NCBI GenBank assembly: GCA_047495785.1
Contig: JBLDXI010000015.1
Coordinates: 1,736,001 to 1,800,000 of the forward strand
Origin: Lepidodermella squamata
Taxonomy: Eukaryota > Animalia > Gastrotricha
DNA: 64,000 bases
Direction of reading: 5' to 3'
Each line of letters begins with the position of its first letter. Positions within the stretch are counted from its first letter, which is position 1. Shown piece after piece: positions 21,901 to 33,800 of the stretch. A program made the translations under genes and the position numbers. A model generated the notes under the pieces. That model ran no database searches, had not been told where the DNA came from, and worked only from the letters and a program-made list of their open reading frames with translations.

Positions 21901-24900
21901 ATCACTGCCTCTACCAGTTCAGAGGTCAACAATTTTCTCGCAATTTTCACCGAATGCAAAACCGATGAAGACCTAGCCTTCCGCTACTTCCGTTTCCCGA
22001 GATGCATTCGACGGGCCGGTATCAAAAGAATGTTACAAATTCTCGAAGCCGGCTCACGTAATTTCAGCCTACCGAGGTTACAAGCAATTTTACGCATCGA
22101 CCAGGATCGGACCAGGGATAAATTCCTGAACCCTGTTCTGGAAAAAGCTCTCATCAAAAATAACCGTCGCTTCTCCGAGGATTTGATACATCTTGGAGCA
22201 ATTGGCTCCCTTTCCAGAGCTTTCGAAGCGGGCTGTAGTGATGATGCAATCATGAAACTTGTCGAAAATAGCGGCGATCTCGGGTTATTTGTATTCAACT
22301 ATGCCTGCAGCAACTACAGAATAGATCTCATCGAGCGACTGTTGAAGCTCGAAAAAAGCGATCGCTTCATTCGAAACCTAATTTGGTGGAAACGTGATTT
22401 CATCACAGCTAGCTGGCTGGTCAAAAGCCCTCAAACTGAAAGTATTGCCCTTTTGCTGCAAAATGATGGTCTAACAGCTCTCGATCAACTCGCTTCCATG
22501 AATTGGGATCAGTTTCCGAAGATTTGTGACGACGGCGAAACTTCTCTATTAGAATCTCTAATGCTAGCCGGAGTTCGGGCGGCTGGTTACGGGCTTCAAG
22601 TAACGGCTCTAGCTCGATTATCCACAGCTCATGAGAAGCCGCTGAATTTATTCGAAACAGATATGGTTGCCATGATGATGTCCTCTCGGGAGGACAGTTT
22701 GGTGCTGACTCATTTGAACAAAAATCTTCCAAGGCGATTTACTGAAGATTACTGCCGGGCTAAGGCTATCGCGAGTAGCGTCTTCCCAATGTCACTGCAG
22801 GTTTTATCTCGTCATGCTGTGCTAAACTGTCTGCCGAGGGGTTATGCTAGCCGGATGGGAGCTATAGACGAAGGTCTGCTGGGTCATTTACCTCAGGCAT
22901 TGCGCTCTTACCTTAAATTTAACATCGACTGATGATTGCCAAATCCTAGAATTTCCAAGGCTGGAATACTTTCTAAAATCACTAGTCAACCCCTCCGAGG
23001 TTGTGATAAACTAGTCTTGAAGAATGCTTCTATTGCTTTTCAATTGCACTTGCGACTACTTCGAATTTTGACGACAGAAAATGGAGCATGCTAAAAGAAA
23101 TAAAAAGCGATTGCGAGGCATATGATTTTACAGTCTATTGAAGTAGATCATTGAGAATCTATCATTTTTGGGTAATTATAACAAAATGTTCGCTGCCAGT
23201 AGGATTTGAACCTACGCGCGGAGACCGCATCTGATTTCAAGTCAGACCCCTTAACCACTCGGGCATAGCAGCTTGGATGCTTGTGAGCTGGTTTGATGAT
23301 TGAATCGACAAACGATCGTTGAAATCGACAAAGGAAAATTTCTCACAATTTCAAAGCGAGTCATTACTTAAAAATAATTATATCGGATGATGATTGAAAT
23401 CGATTATTATAGGGAATAACTCAATCATATACGTTTCTAACCCGGCCTAGTGGCCTAATGGTAAGGCGTCGGCCTCCGGAGCCGGAGATTGTGGGTTCGA
23501 GTCCCATCTGGGTCGCTAACTTTTTCATCCTCTTGATTAGATCGATTAAAAAACAAATATTTACCAAAATATTTCAGCATTCAGCCGGCTCAGTAGCTTA
23601 GTGGTAGAGCATCTGTCTTGTAAACAGAAGGTCACGGGTTCGATCCCCGTCTGGGCCTCGGCTTCTCTTTTTGGCCTATCAACCGATAGATTTTTAACTA
23701 GACGATTAGAATAGGATCAAGAGGTACTACAGGCGCCTCCTTGGCTCAGTTGGCTAGAGCGCCAGTCTCATAATCTGGAGGTCGTGAGTTCGATCCTCAC
23801 AGGGGGCAGCTTCAATTTTTGTTGCCGTAAGAAACCAAATTCTTGACCCAATTGCCATAGTAGGCCGTGAAGGTTATTATCCCTGATGTTCTAGTGGTTA
23901 GGATTCCACTAGGCGGCCCTGGTTCGATTCCCTTAGGCAAAAATTTGACCTCAAATTTACTCGAGTGTTTGATGCCAGAGCTACTTATCATCCAGGTTCC
24001 GTAGTGTAGTGGTTATCACGTCTCCTTCACACGGAGAAGGTCGCGGGTTCGAACCCCGCCGGAACCTCGTCCAACATTTTTCCAACTTCGATAAAGGTTT
24101 CATTGCCATTAAAAGAGGATCCATTTCCGTTGAAATCATGTGGGGATGTAGCTCAGTGGTAGAGCGCTTGCTTTGCATGTAAGATGTCCCGGGTTCAAAC
24201 CCCGGCATCTCCAAATTTTTGAAGATAGAGCTAATTTTAGGAAATTCACTATCTTCAAAGGACTGTATTCGATCGAATATGAACAGGTTCCGTTGTGTAG
24301 TGGTTCATCACGTCTGCTTTACACGCAGAAGGTCGCGGGTTCGAACCCCGCCGGAACCTTAAGACTTTTTCCTACGATCTAGCCTAAATCCAAGTCCTTA
24401 GGAAAACCGGTTTCCTATACATCGCGACTCATTTTTAATTAAACTATAAGTTGAAAAAGCTTAAAAACTTGACAATTTACCTGGTCAGGTCGGTGTAAGC
24501 AGTTTCGGGGGGTATTTGGGTTCCAACGCGGCCCGACGGCGGCCGAGCGCCAACTGGAATGTTAGAAGACGAAGTAGCAATCTGAGAAGACGGCTTGCTA
24601 TTGGCATTCACATTATTGTTATTACTGCTATTATTGGCAGGCGACACTTGGCCGAAAAGACCAGTATCGCCAGAACTAGTGGAAGAAGGCTGGGCAAATG
24701 CCACATTTGGCTTGTTATTCACAGAAATAATCTGAGTCTTCTGCTGCTGTTGGCCAGCGTTGTGGTCAGAGGTATTCGCCACCAACTCGTCACTAGCCAC
24801 TGATTTACCACTTGGAATTTGAAAATTGAGCGTTATAGCCGACGCGACTTGCTTCGTAGAGCCGAGATTTTGCGCGGCGGATTTCATTTCATTAATCTGC

Positions 24901-27900
24901 GCCATTAACGTCGCACCATCCGGGGCGGTCGCATTGAACACCCTAACAACATCCGGAACAGAAGGAACTGCGGTTAGGAACAACTTGGCAGATGCAATAT
25001 CATCATTCTGCCCGGTGGCGATCTGCTTGATTTGACCGAAATTCTGTTCATTTTTCACCGATTTCTCCGCAACTTTCCCAGAGTCTGTTGTCACATTCAA
25101 ACTGTCCTCCAACGCGATTGAATTAACAGGCTCGTTGTTTTTCACCGAAGACGCGGAGGACGGGCGAACTAGGCCAATCGGCCGTTCTTTCGGGGCTTGC
25201 GGCGTCAAAACAGCTGTTGGAACTTGCGGCTGGACAATTTGCTGCTGCGGTTGGGGCTTCACAATCGGAACAGTCTCAACATTCGTCAATTTCAGCGAAA
25301 TAGACGGCTGACTCTCAGGTTGCTGTTCAACTTTGTTACCAACTGTAACCTGCGGCTGGTTAGTCATATGCGTGATTGTTCCGAATTGGTGGTTCGAATG
25401 TTGAATTTGCGTATTCAAATTGCTATTCGCCGGCTGTTTGCTAGCGGCTGTTGATGAAATTACGCCGTTAGTTTGCAGGAATAGCACGGATTGCTGCAGG
25501 GTTTGCTGCTGAACCGGAGCCGTACTTATCGGCTTCATGCTAACCGCAGTTCGGCTACTCAGGCTGAAAGAGTTTTGCATAGCCTCTTGAACGGTTGCGG
25601 CCGTTGCGACTACAGTCGGTAGGCCGTTTAGTCCGTTATTGACTACGACGCTAGGTTTGTTGGCGTATAGATCGGAAATTATATTGGTGGTTCCGCTTGG
25701 TGGGCGGGATCCTAGTTGCGAAGATGGTTGTGAGACGTTGGCGCTATTACCGTTACTCGAAGTTCCATTCGATTTCGTAGCATCTGAATTAATGGGGAAT
25801 TATGAATTATGGAGAATTATGAATTGCAAATAATTGTAGAAACTTGAAAAAATAGGCCAAAATTTGCAATTTTCAAAAAATTAAAATTTCACAATTTTAA
25901 AAATTTTAAATTTTAAACCAATAAAATGCTGATAAATTAAAATTTTGGAATTTCTAAAAATTAATTTTTATATTTAACTTACCTATGTGAATTTTGTTTC
26001 CAGTAGCGTTCGAATTTTCAGGAGTTCTGTTGCTGTTATTGTTGCTATTGTTCGCGTAATTGTTGTTACTTCCACTGTTGTTACTGCTGTTGTCATTCAG
26101 CGCAGGTTTCAGCCCGAGTTGTTCCAGCAAGCGTTGGTGATTAGCTCGCACGGCCTGAAATTGCGTGCTGTAGGAAGATAACGCAGTCGCGTTTGGTGTA
26201 TTCGAAGCATTCGATGGCGGATTTAACGCACTCAACATCGAAGAATTCGATGGCGCCTTTTTGTATCTAGAAAAGCGGCAATCAATACAAAATGCATTAG
26301 CCATTATATTGTCGAATTTTTACGGCGAAATTATTAGGTTAATCAATTAAAAGAACTCAAATTTTCCCGCCGCACTTGAAGATCACTAGCCTAGATTGTT
26401 ATTATTTTTTCAGGCTAAAATATGTCCAGGCACGCAATATACCCGCCCGTATATTTAGATTATTTTGCTATATATCGGACGTCTAATAAAATTTGATTGT
26501 CACGAATAAGGACTTCCGAATCGTGTTGATTGTAAGCAAGCTATTTTACGAAAACGGTGTGGCGATATACTAGAAGCAATATTTATCGGTACGGGTGGGT
26601 AAAAACGGAATGCGGCGCAAAAATAGCTAGTTTTCGAGGCGGAAAAAGAAAAATAGGGCAGCGTTATGATGAAAACACGGGAAATGAATAACCCCATCGT
26701 TTTTTCTATACCCGTTAGCACTATCGTTTGTGTCGGCCTTGAGAAAAATAAGCCGAGGCGGTGTCCATGGTCGTGCTGGGTGGTTTGAGTGACATCTATA
26801 ATAATTGTGTACGTAAAACAATGGAGTAATAAAAAGAGTCCGGTAAATCGATAAACCAGAAGCCACTGGGCGTTTAAAGTGCGTTATGAAATTTTGTGAC
26901 AAATAGCACCTGAATACTATAAACCTATACGCGTCTCAAAAAGAGTATGAGTGTATATATAATATCAAGGAACATAATCGCGTGAGAGCGCTACTACACA
27001 CTGGTGTTTGGCGCCACTTATTATTTTAATTATTTGACGTAATAATAATAATAAACCTTGTATACCAAAGCGTGCCTTTTAACAGTTATCAGCGCAGCAA
27101 TATTTCATCATCAAAAGAGGATGAAGTTTTGGCGCCCTGTTGTACAATTTAAAATTTGCCGCCAAGGCTGTTTATTTAGCAGCCTTAATGCTATTAAAGG
27201 TGCGCCTGGATGTTTTTTTGCCTGTGTAATACTTCAATAAATCTTCGCTTTCCCAACATGACTTTTATACGAGCTTGCACTAAAATGACAAATAGCGCTA
27301 CTACAAGGTAATTTGTCAACGGCTTTGCTTAATCGTTATCAAAATCTTGATGATGAAAACAAACGCCGCATCCGTGCGCACTTACTCATTCAACATGCCC
27401 GCATCGCTCGTTTGAGAATGACCGTTGTTAGATGTGACAGATAAGCCTTGTTCTTGCATTCGGCTTATAATGTCAGCTGAGGTGCCACGATTCATGTCAG
27501 GCCTGCTACCATAGTGATGGCTGAGTGGAAGAGCTGAGGTTGTACCGTCGCTTCGAAAGCCAGCAGTTGAGTTCATCGAGTCATCGAATCCAGTTCCGGT
27601 TCGACTCATCAAAGGCGAAGCAGTGGCGGTGAGCAGGCGGAAACGCTTGCGACCCATCCTCTGATACTTTTCTGTTACCTCTTGCAGATGCCGCCGTCTC
27701 TCTTCGAGAATTTGCTTTCTTCGCTCCTCTTCTTTTTTCTCCTCCTGCTCTCGACGAAATTGTTGATCTCTGAATGGTAACGAATCGTGATGTAAGAAGA
27801 TAATTGCGCGTATTTAGAATTGAGAGAACTTACTTCCTACGTTTCTGAGTCTCCTGCTGTAGCTTTCGAATTTTATGAAGCACATCCCCTCTTTCGTAGT

Positions 27901-28000
27901 AAGTGTCTTGTTTCAGAATTTCTATGCCGTTCTTCTGGAGGCTTTGGAAATGATCAGAATATGCACCCGGCATAATCAATGGGGGGTTTTGTGACCCCAT
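15920..28000 (-). CDS. CEP126: Centrosomal protein CEP126/KIAA1377-like
   Basis: Phase-compatible exons 28000-27834, 27769-27386, 26266-25983, 25783-24481, 20321-19436, 18618-18015, 16530-16459, 16398-16295. Terminal exons uncertain (stop at 16141 or 15920). N-terminal KQILEERRRHLQEVTEKYQR, central DNTPSDAEINWLWEKVRSCL and C-terminal SALSMEEEQIMKSLDRINDRL match my recollection of CEP126 conserved blocks. Confidence 0.75.
16965..16972 (+). promoter_or_regulatory. TATA box of the nested peptide gene
   Basis: TATAAATA 65 nt upstream of ATG 17030; AATAAA at 17599-17604 downstream of the stop. Confidence 0.55.
17030..17449 (+). CDS. Secreted prepropeptide with C-terminal six-Cys peptide (nested antisense in CEP126 intron)
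   Basis: Signal peptide, basic cleavage sites (RRVGR, RHPR, KARR), terminal DCCSYNAWCRCCLRWC. Probable in-frame 51-nt intron 17283-17333; TATA box and polyA signal present. Confidence 0.8.
   Translation: MRFVTVIPAILAAFLLFEDANASTALDRGWNLLQLLGGAQARPPVYQPAPNNVIPGLMNLGMHGAWMSDSWNRRVGRSVEDQHNGSFSKSKILSSNNFAFSVYHEEQNGPSGRHPRDISKARRDCCSYNAWCRCCLRWC
20591..20662 (+). tRNA. tRNA-Arg(CCG), U5.G68 variant
   Basis: GGCCTAG 5' end, otherwise identical to the other copies. Confidence 0.93.
20733..20804 (+). tRNA. tRNA-Thr(TGT)
   Basis: Cloverleaf, anticodon TGT. Confidence 0.95.
20883..20956 (+). tRNA. tRNA-Met(CAT), C2.A71 mismatch variant
   Basis: 3' end AGGGGAC instead of AGGGGGC. Confidence 0.85.
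21030..21101 (+). tRNA. tRNA-Glu(CTC)
   Basis: Identical to the other copies. Confidence 0.95.
21172..21244 (+). tRNA. tRNA-Val(CAC)
   Basis: Identical to the other copies. Confidence 0.95.
21318..21389 (+). tRNA. tRNA-Ala(TGC)
   Basis: Identical to the other copies. Confidence 0.95.
21470..21543 (+). tRNA. tRNA-Val(TAC)
   Basis: TCTGC-TTTACAC-GCAGA; same acceptor and T arm as Val(CAC). Confidence 0.95.
21793..22932 (+). CDS. Intronless helical-repeat (ankyrin-like?) protein with C-terminal SOCS box
   Basis: 379-aa ORF; C-terminal SLQVLSRHAVLNCL...LPQALRSYLKF fits BC-box plus Cul5-box; TATAAAA at 21632; AATAAA near 23099. Confidence 0.7.
   Translation: MSSFGVLIISQYFPLYLNSNITCLVAIPMQNSITKTITASTSSEVNNFLAIFTECKTDEDLAFRYFRFPRCIRRAGIKRMLQILEAGSRNFSLPRLQAILRIDQDRTRDKFLNPVLEKALIKNNRRFSEDLIHLGAIGSLSRAFEAGCSDDAIMKLVENSGDLGLFVFNYACSNYRIDLIERLLKLEKSDRFIRNLIWWKRDFITASWLVKSPQTESIALLLQNDGLTALDQLASMNWDQFPKICDDGETSLLESLMLAGVRAAGYGLQVTALARLSTAHEKPLNLFETDMVAMMMSSREDSLVLTHLNKNLPRRFTEDYCRAKAIASSVFPMSLQVLSRHAVLNCLPRGYASRMGAIDEGLLGHLPQALRSYLKFNID
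23191..23272 (-). tRNA. tRNA-Ser(TGA)
   Basis: Long variable arm, anticodon TGA, G73. Confidence 0.95.
23444..23515 (+). tRNA. tRNA-Arg(CCG), U5.G68 variant
   Basis: Same as 20591-20662. Confidence 0.93.
23587..23658 (+). tRNA. tRNA-Thr(TGT)
   Basis: Cloverleaf, anticodon TGT. Confidence 0.95.
23735..23808 (+). tRNA. tRNA-Met(CAT)
   Basis: Identical to consensus. Confidence 0.95.
23880..23940 (+). pseudogene. tRNA-Glu pseudogene
   Basis: TCCCTGATGTTCTAGTGGTTAGGATTCC...GGTTCGATTCCC with the anticodon arm deleted and the acceptor 3' strand decayed. Confidence 0.85.
23995..24067 (+). tRNA. tRNA-Val(CAC)
   Basis: Identical to consensus. Confidence 0.95.
24142..24213 (+). tRNA. tRNA-Ala(TGC)
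   Basis: Identical to consensus. Confidence 0.95.
24286..24359 (+). tRNA. tRNA-Val(TAC)
   Basis: Identical to 21470-21543. Confidence 0.95.
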
Positions 28001-28963
28001 TGGAGTCCTAAGATGAAAGATCAACAATTACATAAATATTATTTAAATAAATTAGTACACGACAGGAAACTCGACTGGCCATTTCAAAACGATACAAATT
28101 GAATTATTCTTCGACTACTACTTCGGCAATTGAGCACCATCTAAGACTTTAATAGATCCTGGCGTCCAGATCGATTAAATTATGAGGATTGGAAAGAAAC
28201 CTGACATTTGCTGCATTTGGTAGTTCAGTGAGAAAGCTTGGACTTAAAAGCTTAGAAAAGAGGTCCGAACGCTGACTCAGAAAGCACGGATTTATTACTG
28301 TCTGTTACACTCAAAATTGAGTTGTCTCGAGCTTTATCCTATTATAGATTGGAGAATGGAGGGTAGACAATTTTGCTACCATGAGAAATTGACGCAGCAG
28401 TATTTTGCAGCACTCGGTTCGAGAGCTCAGAGCTCAACCTACAACATTACGAATTTTGTATATCTGACGCTTTAATAAGCCATTTGTGTGTTCTAAGTGA
28501 CCCATAAAATGCGAAAATGATATAAAATAAGCTTCTCCATTCACAGGCCCAAAAGTAGCGACAAATTATAGTCGCTTTGACTGGCATTTAGTCGAAGCTA
28601 TGTCTCATAGCTGACCCTCACTAAACAAAACAAGTTCAAGTTTGCAGCCACTGGCACATAATAAGCTGATGCTGATTCAACGACTATTCGCCAGTATAGA
28701 TAAGTTATAGTCAAAATATGGTTGCAAATACGCGTTGTAAAGGAGCTACCTGTTAGCATCGCGAAACAAAGGAATCGTAGAACAAGCAAAGAATGTTTGA
28801 GATGATATGACGTTTGGCTGTAGAAATAGCGAGCAGTCCCAGGCAAATTGGGGACAGAAATATCGAAATAACAGAACGAAACCACCACATTCTTGCCATG
28901 ATGGCCGGAGTTAACCCGCATACGTTGCGACCGAGCCATAGCAGATCGGTGTTATTTACGCGT

Positions 28964-28978
28964 GTTGCCCATAGCAAC
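28964..28978. promoter_or_regulatory. RFX X-box motif
   Basis: GTTGCC-CAT-AGCAAC fits GTNRCC(N0-3)RGYAAC; lies between divergent CEP126-like and TBC1D31 genes. Confidence 0.55.
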
Positions 28979-29519
28979 CAAAACTTATTTTTCGATTATG
29001 AATAAAAACATTTAAAGACATGAAAGTGGATAATTTTATTAATTAATTTAATTTTTTGCAAAAGCCCGGGATGTTCAAAATAAGTGAAAGCTTTAGAATG
29101 TATACAAGAAGAGTGTTTACGCAAACTTCTTGTTTGTTTTGGGCGTATAGCGGCATAGCCGTCGCCTTCGCTTCTCATTTCCAACTACGAGTAGACTAGT
29201 AAACCAGCGGCGTCGACTGATTGTTTCTTTCCAGCGTGGCTATGAAAAGTGTCCACTTTAGTGATTGTTGTTAGCTATTAGTTTCAGTACTCCTCTGTTC
29301 TCATGTCCTAACTAATTATATTTATGTCTGTGAATCTATGCCTGTGAAAATTTGTCTATTTCTACCCAGATACCTATATTTGTCAGATTTTTCTCTCTAC
29401 AATTTTCATGATTTCTATTTCTATGCCTAAATGTCCTGTGTGCGTGTGTGTGTGTCAAAAGTTGTCAACAAACTTACCGCAATAAAACTTTGAACTTTTT
29501 GAACTTTGAATGTATGTAG

Positions 29520-30140
29520 GGAAGCAAAAGCATTCCGACTAGTCTTAAGGCCAAGCTGAACGCAGCCAAATTCGTCTGCGATTTAACTAAGTGTGATAAC
29601 CAGTTAGTTCAGGATGCCTTTTCTTTTTATTGACATTCTCACCCTAAACTCGGCGTTCTCAACCCTATCCACTCCGCCAAACAATTCTTTGCGTCTTATA
29701 ATATTGAGCCAGATTTCTGGTTTCTTCGTGACTCGACCATATTTGCTAAAGTAGAACAACATGTACTAGACTGTTTTAAACTGATTTATCTATTCAATTT
29801 CACTCTAGGAACGATAATATATACCCATTAGCGACTTCATCTGAGTTCGGGATTGCTAAACGCTTCGAAGCTCTACCCTGTGATCTCAGATCCACAGCTC
29901 TGCAACTTCTTACAAATAGTATTTTTCTTAACCTAGAACATTTCATCTTCAATGTGAAAGATACAGTATGTATATTTTGTAAGGAAACTGTTACTTTTCG
30001 CCTTATGGCAAACCACCTGTCTTGTTTCTGCACAGGTATCACTAGTCATGATCCTGTCAGATTTTTAGTAATAATCAGAGCACAAAATACCCTTATTTTC
30101 TTCAAACGCGTAGCCTTACATATATCTAGAGCCACTACTA
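29520..30140 (+). mobile_element. Decayed non-LTR retrotransposon fragment (CCHC zinc-knuckle region)
   Basis: Broken coding-like sequence containing CIFC-x10-H-x4-C (CIFCKETVTFRLMANHLSCFC). Boundaries approximate. Confidence 0.35.
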
Positions 30141-30817
30141 TTGTCTAAGGATTGGCAAATTGCCTTCGGCACTAGGGCTTTTCTCTGCCCAATGATTGAA
30201 TTTGCTTCCTTGGTGGACCAGAGGTCCCCAAGGTATGAGGGCAGGCAGGAAGCAAAAGCTCCGACGCACACAGAAAACGAAGTCAACGCTGGTCGCAGTG
30301 AGCTCATTGATGTCATATTCATACTCAGCGTTAAATTTCCTATCGTTCTATGCAACCCCCATGTCACCAAACATCATAGTTTTAGCAGTATGTAACCGAT
30401 GAAATTCGTTCCCGCCGCTACATTCCAGGATATAGGGAATAGGGAAGCTCGGACGGCTCTGGTTTATTTTCCGTGTTTTTCAGTTTTACTTTAAATGGTG
30501 AAAATGGCGCCCCTAAAATCACTATTCGATTGGCGCTCTTGAACCCTTGGCACCCCCTCCACGGATTTGACATCTCCGCCACTGGGTGTAGAGTGTAGAG
30601 TGTAGTGTCTAGAGTCAATGCTAGTAATGCTGTTGTTTTGCATTTTCTCCTTTCTATCTTTACCGCTACCGCATATTAGCTATTTTGGCACAGAGCATTC
30701 ATTTTCATCCAATTTAAATTCCCGAAGGGCTACTTGCGACTTGTATCTGCTTTTACAACTTTCACTCTAGTAAATTGTTTGCATTCTTGTAGACTTTGGC
30801 ATTGTGTTTGAGACATC

Positions 30818-33800
30818 ATGCAGTCGTTGGTCGTCAACACGGAGTCAGCATCATCTGGGCATATCTGGCTGACATCAGCTTTAGGTCCTGGAAGGTATGA
30901 ACCCAAGATCACTCCATTTTTTCTGAGATGATTGAATATATGTAACATTTATGTTAGGAACAATATTGCTGTTCATGGACCAGGGCGTTTCTTGTTTGCT
31001 TCCTTTCGAAAACAACCAGTTGACAAGGTTGCGGATGATCAGTATGCGGCTTTAGATGGTCCGATGGACCCGGCTCCTAACCAACTCGTGGCTGTTGATC
31101 ACATCGGCAACGTTTTCAAGTTCGATTTTAATCGGAACAAGTTAGCAGACATGATATTTCAAATAAACGAATCTACATAAATTATTTACTTATTTAGATT
31201 CCGAAAGTTGGCGACGGTTGGAACTGCGCCAACTGCGCTTTGCTGGGAGCTTGCAGGATGCAACGGAGCCGCAGATTGCGCGATTGCTACCGCAGACGGT
31301 TGTGTTCGAGGTTTAACAACGCAGACGCGCCAAACCAACCGGATTCTAGCCGTCGAACGCGGCCATGACCCATTGCTACCAGCTAATTGGCTCAGTGCGA
31401 ATACAGGCGGAACTGTTCTGGTGTCATCCTCACTAGACGCAGCCATACTATGGGACACATCTTCAGTCGAATGGCACCGAATTCGGCGATTAGTCATGCG
31501 GCAACAAGTCGATTTAGCCGGCGCTCTTTTCGTGCCGATGAGTGACATGCTTGTCACAGCTTTCTCAGACGCTTCCGTCCTAGTCTGGCAGCCGGATACG
31601 TTGAAGCTCGCCTTCAAACTGCCTGCAGTACCAAAATCGGTTGTTGAGTCCAAGGGAAAAGTTCCATCGCCTAGTAACACTATTGCAAGACATTTCACGG
31701 CTACAATTGACGGAAGATCCCTAGTCGCCGCCGAGGCAGACGGTTGTCGCCTTATAATTTGGTCTTTAGACGCAAAAACTCCGAAATTACGCGGACCTCG
31801 TACTGTTAATATGTTGACGTGGCTCCCGTCCGGCTCATCGCCAGGTGTTGTTCAGTCGCTAACAGCTATTGAACAGCCTTTCGTCAAAAATTTGTCATTT
31901 ATGATCGCATTAGTCGATCACAGCATGCTGGTCGGTGTCGACATTGAACAGGGCCGGCCTGTTTTCGTGTCGAAACCACTGCTGCCCCTCGACATTCCAG
32001 ATTGCCACTCAATTTCACACGTTGCGATAATTTTACAGAGAACAGGATTTGAAACAAGTCAAAGCAAACTGGCGGTGCTATCCGCCCATTCCGGGTCAAT
32101 GTTTTTCGTAAATGAACCTGATCAAATGCGAGAATCACACCAGAAAAGCGCTAAACAATCAGTTGAAATGAAGCAAAAACATCCGAAAAAATCTGAACAT
32201 TTACTACAAAGATCACTAGCATTGAGTAAACATCAGGAGAAAGCGGTTGCAGATGCATGTGGCATTGAAAGATCCGCCTTAATTCAAATGTTGCGGCACT
32301 ACGGCGCGTTTCCTAATAGGTTGAGGCCGCTGATTTGGCGGCTTTTGCTTCGTTTACCTCGAAATCACGGAGCATTTGCGTCCCTGTTAGACCGGGGCGC
32401 TCATCCCTGTGTTGCGAGTCTAGCGACCCGTTACCCGGTCCGATCTGCCAAATTGTTGAGATTACTAGCTCGAGTGATGTCGGCCCTAGCTCACTGGTCG
32501 CCGATTTTTGGCGAAACCGAGTTTTTGCCCATGTTTGTTTTCCCGTTCCTACACGTTTTCGACTCTGATGCGATGGCGTCTTTCGAGCTGATCGCCACGA
32601 TTTTGATCGGTTTTTGCCAACACTGGTTCGAATACGCACCCCATCCGCCAATCGCTGTGTTGTCAGCCATCGAAAATTTGCTGGCCCATGCCGATCAGCG
32701 GTTGCTGCTTCATTTAACCGCGCATCAATTGACAGCTCAAGATTACGCCTGGCCGTTGCTTCAAACGGCTCTATCGGAGATTTTATCCGGTTCAGACTGG
32801 CTGCGGGTTTGGGATCACATTTTCGCGAATGGCCCGGCATTTTTCATTGCGTTTCCGGTTGCTTACCTCATTTCGGCACGGTCTGCCCTGCTGCGGTTGA
32901 CTGATCGCGATGAGTTCATGTTTTTCATTCGCAATCGAAATGCCGTCGATGTTGAGCGCGTGATAGCCGAGGCGCATTCGTTGTTGTCGAATGCTCCCAG
33001 CGATGTGCACCCGGCGACTTCGGCGCGGCTGCTGACGGAATTCGATTCATTCACCCTACCGGTCGGACCAGCTTATCCTGTTTTCGATCGTTACCCCAAG
33101 GTAATTAAATTGAGATTAAACACTTAACGTAAGATTGGAAGCATTCAGAAAGCAATTTTATGAAAATGCCACAAATTTGCATATTCATGGGGTTTTTTGC
33201 AGAATTTCTTTGGTAAAATACAGCGTAACGCAAGCAAAGAAAATGCACGGAAAAGGGTTCAGAAAATGAGAGACGAAATCAGAGCTCATGTCTAGAAAAA
33301 TTATAATCGTCAAGAGAATAGTAATCAAGTATGTATGTCACTTGTCAATAGATTTAGAAAAATCCGGAGAAATTAGGTCCAACTGGGTAAAATACCAAAA
33401 ATTACCGAATCAGTTACCGTCGGGGTTTTCCGGGTTTTCTCCGGTAAATTTGTTATTTCGTCGGTTAAATCGCGGATAAAATATGGAATATTCTCTCGGT
33501 AGGTTAAATTTAACAAATTAGTGAAATTTCTTAAATAAAGTTGCCAAATTAAAAATAGTTAAAAATAGTTGAATTAATAACTTCTGGGTCACGATGTATA
33601 GCGTTTCCCTTTACTCAGCCATTTTGAGTTGGCCTATATTTTTGTGGAAAATTCATATATTTTTCAAAAACAAAACCTACGAAAAACATTTCTTATGCAT
33701 TATATCCGGGATTTTATCGGAGAGAACCCGGAAAACCCGATGGTAATTGATTTTGTATTTATCGGTATTTTACGAATTTCTCCGGATTTTGTTGCTGCGA

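Larger units (their letters stand above)
23191..24359 (+). repeat. tRNA cassette copy D (all 8 slots; Glu pseudogenised)
   Basis: Ser[-]-Arg-Thr-Met-psiGlu-Val(CAC)-Ala-Val(TAC), about 1.17 kb. Confidence 0.9.

Noticed and set aside
28170-28320. Possible CR1/L2 LINE tail remnant (KLGLKSLEKR)
   Set aside because: Too short and degenerate to support.
28008-30792. SL trans-splicing suggested by 3' splice sites just before several ATGs
   Set aside because: Plausible GT donors about 50 nt upstream (e.g. 30743-30792) explain them as 5'UTR cis-introns; no SL RNA was recognised.
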